From: Flavobacteriaceae bacterium
GTDB lineage: Bacteria; Bacteroidota; Bacteroidia; Flavobacteriales; Flavobacteriaceae
NCBI GenBank assembly: GCA_018699935.1
Contig: JABISF010000009.1
Location: forward strand, 8,819 to 72,818
Direction of reading: 5' to 3'
Length of the DNA stretch: 64,000 bases
The notes below the pieces were generated by a model, which made no database searches, had not been told where the DNA came from, and worked only from the letters and a program-made list of their open reading frames with translations. Numbering within the stretch: position 1 is the stretch's first letter; the number at the start of each line of letters is the position of its first letter. Shown here piece after piece: positions 57,699 to 64,000 of this stretch. The position numbers and the translations under genes are program-made.

Positions 57699-58565
57699 CT
57701 AAGGGACGGGTTTGCCCAAACTGGCTTCCAGCAGCAGGAACCAATCTTGGATATCGAGAGGGATGTTGACGGCATCGATAAAGGCTTGCATCCTGTTGGG
57801 GTTGGTAGTTCCCACAACGGGATGGATAGGTGCCGGGTGTTTCAGCAGCCAAGCGATTAAAAGTTGTGCTTCGGAGCATTGATATTGATCACAAAGAACA
57901 GTCATCAGGGTAGCGATGCGTTGCTGTGCAGGGGTTTTCTTTTTAAAGTAATTTCCCAAAGCTCCCCAGGCCATGGCTTGAACCCCGGAACTTCGCATAG
58001 CGTCTAAAGTACCGTCAAATATGGGTTCGCTATGTGTTAATGAACATTCCAATTGATTCCATGCGATCGGAAGGGCTTGTTGCAAAAGTATCAATTGTGA
58101 GGAAGTAAAATTTGAAACGCCAATGGCTTTTATTTTGCCCTCTTTTTTCAAAGCGTTGAGGACTTCAGCAATTTCATGCACTTCCATCAAGGGGCTGGGG
58201 CGATGCAAGAGCAGCAAATCCAAATAATCGGTTTGTAAATAGTTGAGTGAATTTTCAACGCTCATGCGAATATGCGCCTTGGAATAGTCGTAATGCTGCA
58301 CCTTCAACGGTCGGGCATCGCAAGGAAGTTGAATACCACATTTTGAAATAAATTGAACCTGCGATCGATCAATGCTGCTTTCTGAAAAGGCCGCCCCAAA
58401 AGCAGCTTCAGTAGTGTAGTGCCCATAGATGTCGGCATGATCAAATGTGCTGATTCCCATTTCGACGTTGGCCTCCATATAGGCAGTCATTTGACGCTTG
58501 GAAAAAGCACTACCCCACACCCCCCAAGTCATAGTTCCGGAAATAATTCTTGAAAACTGTTGCAT
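57699..58565 (-). CDS. Aldo/keto reductase
   Basis: AKR pattern FDHADIYG...GVSNF. I place the start at MQQFSRIISGTM (ATG at 58563-58565). Confidence 0.85.
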   Translation of the reverse strand: MQQFSRIISGTMTWGVWGSAFSKRQMTAYMEANVEMGISTFDHADIYGHYTTEAAFGAAFSESSIDRSQVQFISKCGIQLPCDARPLKVQHYDYSKAHIRMSVENSLNYLQTDYLDLLLLHRPSPLMEVHEIAEVLNALKKEGKIKAIGVSNFTSSQLILLQQALPIAWNQLECSLTHSEPIFDGTLDAMRSSGVQAMAWGALGNYFKKKTPAQQRIATLMTVLCDQYQCSEAQLLIAWLLKHPAPIHPVVGTTNPNRMQAFIDAVNIPLDIQDWFLLLEASLGKPVP

Positions 58566-58711
58566 TTGAATAAAAAAATCTATTTTAACCTCTAAAATAA
58601 GAACTATTGATGGCTTGGAATCGTTCCCTACAATCAATTTTTAACCAATTGTTAACAGCCGAGGAAGAATAATTTTTACATTTTTGCTATCCAAAAAAAA
58701 GAAAAAAATTC

Positions 58712-59719
58712 ATGGAAAATAGTACTGAAAATACCATTGACATAAAAGCCATAAACGCTAAAATTGAAAAAGAAAGTGCTTTCATAGACTTACTAACTAT
58801 AGAAATCAACAAAGTTATTGTGGGTCAAAAACACATGGTAGAACGATTGCTGATTGGACTGCTGGGAAGAGGACATGTGCTGTTGGAAGGGGTTCCTGGG
58901 CTTGCCAAAACATTGGCCATCAACACCTTGAGTCAAGCCGTCAAAGGAAGCTTTAGTCGTATTCAGTTCACCCCCGATCTGCTTCCTGCAGATGTAGTAG
59001 GAACGATGATTTACAACATCAAGGAGAATGATTTCTCAATTAAAAAAGGACCCATATTCGCCAATTTTGTTTTGGCAGACGAGATTAACCGAGCTCCGGC
59101 TAAAGTACAATCGGCACTCTTAGAGGCCATGCAAGAAAAGCAAGTAACCATTGGGGATACTACTTTTAAGCTCCAAGCCCCCTTTTTAGTAATGGCTACG
59201 CAAAACCCAGTAGAGCAAGAGGGAACCTATCCCTTACCGGAAGCTCAGGTGGATCGATTTATGCTGAAAACCGTCATTGACTACCCAAAAATTGATGAGG
59301 AGCAATTGATTGTTAGAAACAACCTCAACAATGCAAATACCAAAGTACAATCGGTGGTGTCCACCAAGCAAATTCTCAGCGCACAAGAAACAGTTCGGGA
59401 GGTTTATATGGACGAAAAAATTGAAAAATATATTTTAGACCTCGTTTTTGCGACCCGTTATCCCGAAAATTATCACCTCGAGAAGATCAAACCACTCATT
59501 AGCTTTGGAGCTTCTCCGCGGGGAAGTATTAATTTGGCTACGGCTGCCAAATGTCATGCGTTTTTAAAACACAGAGGCTATGTGATTCCGGAAGATGTTC
59601 GCGCCGTAATCTATGATGTGCTACGCCACAGAATTGGACTTACCTATGAAGCCGAAGCGGAAAATGTAACTACAGAAGACCTCATCAGTCAAATCATCAA
59701 TGAGGTAGAAGTACCCTAG
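58712..59719 (+). CDS. MoxR-family AAA+ ATPase
   Basis: 335 aa with Walker A GVPGLAKT, Walker B LADEINRA and the MATQNPVEQEGTYPLPEAQVDRF block. Confidence 0.93.
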   Translation: MENSTENTIDIKAINAKIEKESAFIDLLTIEINKVIVGQKHMVERLLIGLLGRGHVLLEGVPGLAKTLAINTLSQAVKGSFSRIQFTPDLLPADVVGTMIYNIKENDFSIKKGPIFANFVLADEINRAPAKVQSALLEAMQEKQVTIGDTTFKLQAPFLVMATQNPVEQEGTYPLPEAQVDRFMLKTVIDYPKIDEEQLIVRNNLNNANTKVQSVVSTKQILSAQETVREVYMDEKIEKYILDLVFATRYPENYHLEKIKPLISFGASPRGSINLATAAKCHAFLKHRGYVIPEDVRAVIYDVLRHRIGLTYEAEAENVTTEDLISQIINEVEVP

Positions 59720-59761
59720 TAGTTTTCATATCCGTTCACTATATAAGAAGCATTCCGTATT

Positions 59762-60628
59762 ATGGATACCAAAGAGCTATTAAAAAAAGTTCGAAAAATC
59801 GAAATCAAAACCCGTCGCTTAAGCGATCATATTTTTGGTGGAGAATATCACAGTACGTTTAAGGGAAGAGGGATGACGTTTAGCGAAGTTCGTCAATACC
59901 AATACGGAGATGATGTGCGCGCTATTGATTGGAATGTAACAGCACGCTACAACGAACCCTTTGTTAAAGTTTTTGAGGAAGAACGCGAGCTCACCATGAT
60001 GTTGGTGGTGGATGTGAGTGGTTCAGAAATGTTTGGAACGCAAGATCAATTCAAACGAGAGATCCTTACCGAAATTGCTGCTACCTTGGCTTTTTCAGCC
60101 TTACAGAACAACGACAAAGTGGGGGTACTCCTTTTTTCAGATCAAATAGAACTCTTTATTCCGCCCAAAAAAGGAAGGTCTCATGTTTTGCGGATTATTC
60201 GTGAGCTCTTGGAATTCAAACCAATAAGTACACGCACCAATATCAGTGTGGCACTGGAGTTTTTGTCGGGCATCTTAAAAAAGCGCGCCATTGTATTTTT
60301 ATTGTCCGATTTTATGGACACGAATTATGAGAAAACCCTCCAAATTGCTTCCAAAAAACACGACCTTACGGGGATTAGAGTATACGATGCCTTGGAAGAA
60401 GACTTGCCTAATATTGGAATAGTACCCATGCGCGACGCCGAAACGGGAGGGATTCAATGGGTAGATACCCAATCTAAAAAGTTACGCCAAAACTACATCA
60501 AACATTATTTGGAACAGGTGAAGTACTTTGAAACGCTTTTTAAGAAAAATGGAGCGGGAACTTTGAGTTGTCGGATTGATGAAAGCTATGTTAAAAAACT
60601 GTTGAGCTATTTTAAAGCACGCCTATAA
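59762..60628 (+). CDS. DUF58 (VWA-like) protein
   Basis: 288 aa. YQYGDDVRAIDWNVTAR is the DUF58 signature. Confidence 0.9.
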   Translation: MDTKELLKKVRKIEIKTRRLSDHIFGGEYHSTFKGRGMTFSEVRQYQYGDDVRAIDWNVTARYNEPFVKVFEEERELTMMLVVDVSGSEMFGTQDQFKREILTEIAATLAFSALQNNDKVGVLLFSDQIELFIPPKKGRSHVLRIIRELLEFKPISTRTNISVALEFLSGILKKRAIVFLLSDFMDTNYEKTLQIASKKHDLTGIRVYDALEEDLPNIGIVPMRDAETGGIQWVDTQSKKLRQNYIKHYLEQVKYFETLFKKNGAGTLSCRIDESYVKKLLSYFKARL

Positions 60629-60629
60629 A

Positions 60630-62255
60630 ATGAAAAAAGCAGGACTTATTTTTGGGTTTTTATGGAGTCTGTGGAGCTATGCTCAGGACGATGCAGTTTT
60701 GAATGTAGCAGTGGACACCACCACCGTCAAAATCGGGGCGCAGTTAAATTATACCCTTCAAGTTAAGGCAGACAGTACGGCCCAAGTGGTTTTTCCTGAG
60801 CAGCCGCTTTTTGCTCCTTTTGAACTGTTGGAGGAGTCCCCCATCGATACGCTTCGCACGCAGGCTCATTTTTTATACACTAAAAAATACGCCCTGATAC
60901 AATTTGACTCTGGGAATTATTTCCTCCCCCAACAGCAGGTGTTGGTGAATGGATTTTCCAAAATTGCAGATATTATTCCAATACGTGTCAACACTGTTGA
61001 AGTCGATACGCTAAAACAAAACTTGTTTGAAATCAAACCCTTACAGGAGGTTAAAAAGAATTACGATGCCTTGATTTCCCAAATTCTTTGGGGATTATTG
61101 ATCGCTTTTTTGTTGATTGGAAGCCTGTACACCTATTTGTTCCAAAAGCGCAGAAAAGAATTAAGAGCCCAAGAAAAACCCCCTTTTGAAAGAGCGATTG
61201 AAGCCTTGAAAGCCCTGGAAAATGAAGCTCCTCAAGATCAAGAGGCCTTTAAGGATTATTATTCGCGATTGACCGATGTGGTTCGACGCTATTTAGAAGA
61301 AGACGCCAAAGTCGATGCCTTGGAAAGCACGACCAACCAATTGGTGTTAAAATTGGAAATGCTGCGAGATGCGGGGGAACTTACCCTTGAAAAACAAACG
61401 ATCAAAAGGCTGAAAAATGTCCTTGAAAATGCGGATTTGGTCAAATTCGCCAAATCTGTGCCGGAGTTTGGAATGGCAAAACAAGATCGAATTGTGGTAG
61501 AGGGAGTAGTTATTGAAACCAAAGAGGTATTGCCCGAACCCACCGAAGAAGAACTTCGAGAACAAGCCGCCTATAAGGAAATGATGCTCAAAAAGCGTCG
61601 TAAAGAACGTCTTATTTGGGGCGTTTCTGGCGTGGGTCTATTACTTGTCATTGGGCTCATCTCCAGTATGTTGGTCTATGGATTCCATCCGGTGAAAGAC
61701 ACTTTGTTCCGATATCCCACCAAAGTAATGTTGGATGCCAACTGGGTAAAAAGTGAATACGGGACACCTCCCTTGCGTTTGGAAACCCCGCAGGTGTTGG
61801 AACGTCTTCCCAGCGACGACTCTACCGTTAAGGAATTTGTGATGGGCAATTTTGACGCTCCTTTCTATGTGAGTGTGCGTTTCGATTTTCCCAAGCCATC
61901 CCAGGCCGATTTGGCAGCTCCGCAGCAAGATCCTAAAGAGGCCGATTTGGAAAAAGGAAAACAATTGGTGGCTGCCATCATTTCCAATTTTGAGTCGCAG
62001 GGGGCCGTCAATATTTTAATTAAAGACGATGCAGTGACACTCCCCTCGGGATTGCCGGTGGCAAAACTCTATGGAACCTTGGATTATCCTCGAAAAGGAG
62101 CCGAAGAACGGATCAGAAGTTATTACAATGCCTTGCTCTTCACTTTTGAAGAAGGGACCATTATTGTCACCCTGATGTACGAAAAAGAAGATCGCTATGC
62201 TCCCGAAATAGAGCGTAGAATCATTAATAGTTTGGAACTTATAAAAGAATTATAA
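60630..62255 (+). CDS. Bat-operon membrane protein (BatD-like N-domain + DUF4381-like segment + extra C-terminal domain)
   Basis: 541 aa with a signal peptide and two TM helices (ILWGLLIAFLLIGSLYTYLF and LIWGVSGVGLLLVIGLISSMLVYGF). The stretch after TM1 (PPFERAIEALKALE...YYSRLTDVVRRYLEE) resembles DUF4381. Confidence 0.55.
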   Translation: MKKAGLIFGFLWSLWSYAQDDAVLNVAVDTTTVKIGAQLNYTLQVKADSTAQVVFPEQPLFAPFELLEESPIDTLRTQAHFLYTKKYALIQFDSGNYFLPQQQVLVNGFSKIADIIPIRVNTVEVDTLKQNLFEIKPLQEVKKNYDALISQILWGLLIAFLLIGSLYTYLFQKRRKELRAQEKPPFERAIEALKALENEAPQDQEAFKDYYSRLTDVVRRYLEEDAKVDALESTTNQLVLKLEMLRDAGELTLEKQTIKRLKNVLENADLVKFAKSVPEFGMAKQDRIVVEGVVIETKEVLPEPTEEELREQAAYKEMMLKKRRKERLIWGVSGVGLLLVIGLISSMLVYGFHPVKDTLFRYPTKVMLDANWVKSEYGTPPLRLETPQVLERLPSDDSTVKEFVMGNFDAPFYVSVRFDFPKPSQADLAAPQQDPKEADLEKGKQLVAAIISNFESQGAVNILIKDDAVTLPSGLPVAKLYGTLDYPRKGAEERIRSYYNALLFTFEEGTIIVTLMYEKEDRYAPEIERRIINSLELIKEL

Positions 62256-62257
62256 TC

Positions 62258-63262
62258 GTGTTTGAAGGAATCTATTTTGCGAATCCCAACTATCTGTGGT
62301 TGTTTTTGGTGCTTCCTTTGCTCATCGCTTGGCATCTTTTGACCTGGCGAAGAAACCAAGCCAAACTCAAGATTTCTTCACTCCAGGGATTTGGGTCTAA
62401 AAAGACACTGCGTTTGCGGTTGCGCCCTTTGTTGTTTGTTTTTCGGTTATTGTCCCTTGCATTGCTCGTTTTAGCCATTGCTCGTCCACAAACGGTGGAC
62501 ATTTCCACACGTACCAAAACCAACAAGGGGATTGACATTGTTATGGCCATAGATGTTTCTTCCAGTATGTTGGCGCAGGACTTAAAACCAGATCGCTTGA
62601 CAGCACTCAAACGCGTGGCGGCGACCTTTATCAACGACCGGATTTCAGACCGGATTGGATTGGTGGTTTATGCTGGAGAAAGCTATACCAAAACCCCCAT
62701 AACAAGTGATAAAAGCATTGTGCAATCTTCGCTGCGAGAAATTTCCTATCAAGGACTGATCGAAGATGGAACAGCGATTGGCATGGGATTGGCGACTTCA
62801 GTTAATCGATTAAAAGACAGTCGTGCCAAAAGTAAAATCATTATTTTGCTCACCGATGGAGTGAACAATTCAGGCTTTATTGACCCTAAAATTGCTGCGG
62901 AATTGGCCGTGGAATTTGGCATCAAAACCTACACCATCGGCCTAGGAAGCAACGGAACCGCGCGCGCCCCCATAGGAATTCGCCCCGACGGAAGTTTTCA
63001 ATACGGCATGACTATGGTAGAGATCGATGAAGCCTTGCTCAAAGAAATTGCCTCCGCCACTGGAGGGCTCTATTTTAGAGCTACCGACAACAAAAAGTTG
63101 GAGGAAATCTACGACGAGATCAACAAGTTGGAAAAGTCCGATGTAGAAGAATTTAAATATTATAATTACGAAGAAAAGTATCGATATTTAGTCCTTTTGG
63201 CCATGGGATTACTTTTCTTGGAATGGCTTTTGCGGCACACCCTCTTTAAAAGTTTTATCTAA
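62258..63262 (+). CDS. VWA-domain membrane protein BatA-like (GTG start)
   Basis: 334 aa with N-terminal TM helices, the MIDAS motif DVSSSM, and a C-terminal TM helix. Confidence 0.88.
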   Translation: MFEGIYFANPNYLWLFLVLPLLIAWHLLTWRRNQAKLKISSLQGFGSKKTLRLRLRPLLFVFRLLSLALLVLAIARPQTVDISTRTKTNKGIDIVMAIDVSSSMLAQDLKPDRLTALKRVAATFINDRISDRIGLVVYAGESYTKTPITSDKSIVQSSLREISYQGLIEDGTAIGMGLATSVNRLKDSRAKSKIIILLTDGVNNSGFIDPKIAAELAVEFGIKTYTIGLGSNGTARAPIGIRPDGSFQYGMTMVEIDEALLKEIASATGGLYFRATDNKKLEEIYDEINKLEKSDVEEFKYYNYEEKYRYLVLLAMGLLFLEWLLRHTLFKSFI

Positions 63263-64000
63263 ATGTATCAACTCGACGCACCCCTATACAGCTATTTGTT
63301 TGCACTGCTCCCCGTGTTGTGGCTTGGATATCTCTTGTTTTTACGATGGAGAAAAAAAATCCAACAGCAGTTTGCAGCCTCACATTTGTTGGACGTATTG
63401 AGTCCCGACCGTTCTCGATTTAAACCGAATTTAAAATTGATTTTGTTGAGTTTGGCACTCTTGTTCATGGTTTTTGGATTAATCAACCCCAAAATTGGGA
63501 CGCAATTGGAAACAGTCAAACGAGAGGGAGTGGATATCGTTTTTGCCATCGATGTGTCCAAAAGCATGTTGGCCGAAGATGTTGCGCCCAACCGTTTGGA
63601 AAAATCGAAACGATTGGTTTCAGCACTCTTGAACCAATTGGCAAGTGATCGAGTGGGAATCATCGCCTATGCTGCTCAAGCAGTACCGCAGCTCCCGATT
63701 ACCACGGATTATAGTGCTGCCAAAATGTTTTTGCAAGCACTCAACACCGATATGTTGTCTTCTCAAGGAACCGCTTTGGACAGTGCCATTGATTTGGCGG
63801 CAACTTTTTTTGATGACGAAGACCAAACCAATCGGGTGATTTTTTTAATTTCTGATGGAGAAGACCATTCTGAAGATGCCCAAAATGCAGCGGCACGGGC
63901 AGCAGAATTAGGGATTAAAATCTTCACTTTTGGTGTAGGAACTGAAAAAGGGGCACCCATACCTTTGAAACGCAATGGAGTCGTAGAATCCTATAAAAAA
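63263..64000 (+). CDS. VWA-domain membrane protein BatB-like, N-terminal part (continues past the window)
   Basis: Absent from the ORF track because it is open-ended. My translation from the ATG at 63263 reads MYQLDAPLYSYLFALLPVLWLGYLLFLRWRKK...VDIVFAIDVSKSMLAEDVAPNRLEKSK...VIFLISDGEDH... Confidence 0.85.
   Translation, partial: MYQLDAPLYSYLFALLPVLWLGYLLFLRWRKKIQQQFAASHLLDVLSPDRSRFKPNLKLILLSLALLFMVFGLINPKIGTQLETVKREGVDIVFAIDVSKSMLAEDVAPNRLEKSKRLVSALLNQLASDRVGIIAYAAQAVPQLPITTDYSAAKMFLQALNTDMLSSQGTALDSAIDLAATFFDDEDQTNRVIFLISDGEDHSEDAQNAAARAAELGIKIFTFGVGTEKGAPIPLKRNGVVESYKK

Noticed and set aside
1-64000. A search by eye for CRISPR arrays, rRNA/tRNA genes, IS elements, integrases and prophage genes.
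   Set aside because: I saw no regularly spaced direct repeats, no ORF resembling a transposase or integrase, and no intergenic region long enough and GC-rich enough for a structured RNA gene. This is a manual scan, and tRNAscan-SE, Infernal and CRISPR finders should confirm it.

Overview
The window looks like a 64-kb chromosomal segment of a Bacteroidota genome, probably Flavobacteriia-like. The evidence is many lipobox lipoproteins, no obvious Shine-Dalgarno sequences, TAnnTTTG -7 boxes, a Bat/MoxR operon, a TolC-MFP-RND operon with a TetR regulator, and a DUF2480-extended suf operon. Coding density is high and most genes are housekeeping: rpsB-rpsI-rplM, polA, dxs, tadA, aspS, thiL, sufABCDSE, nadD, gmk, yicC, lpxH and hflX. 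By eye I found no rRNA, tRNA, CRISPR array, transposase or integrase. The less ordinary content is listed here. (1) A two-compartment oxidative sugar/glycoside locus at 33.2-41.3 kb, with a GMC dehydrogenase, a Tat small subunit, cytochrome c, two xylose-isomerase-like TIM barrels, a Gfo/Idh/MocA oxidoreductase, a DUF1080 protein and a NupG-like permease. (2) A GH26-like gene interrupted by one in-frame TAG. (3) An intact parD next to a decayed parE stub, with a palindromic operator. (4) A somewhat AT-richer AlbA_2/Schlafen-like gene whose start overlaps the stop of an SDR gene (ATGA). (5) A TonB-dependent receptor, DUF5689/choice-of-anchor-J lipoprotein and secreted EEP nuclease trio that could be a nucleic-acid harvesting module. 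(6) A perfect 12-N8-12 palindrome at the tetR promoter. I cannot point to a clearly novel system. The candidates above are hypotheses from motif-level reading, and no database searches were run.
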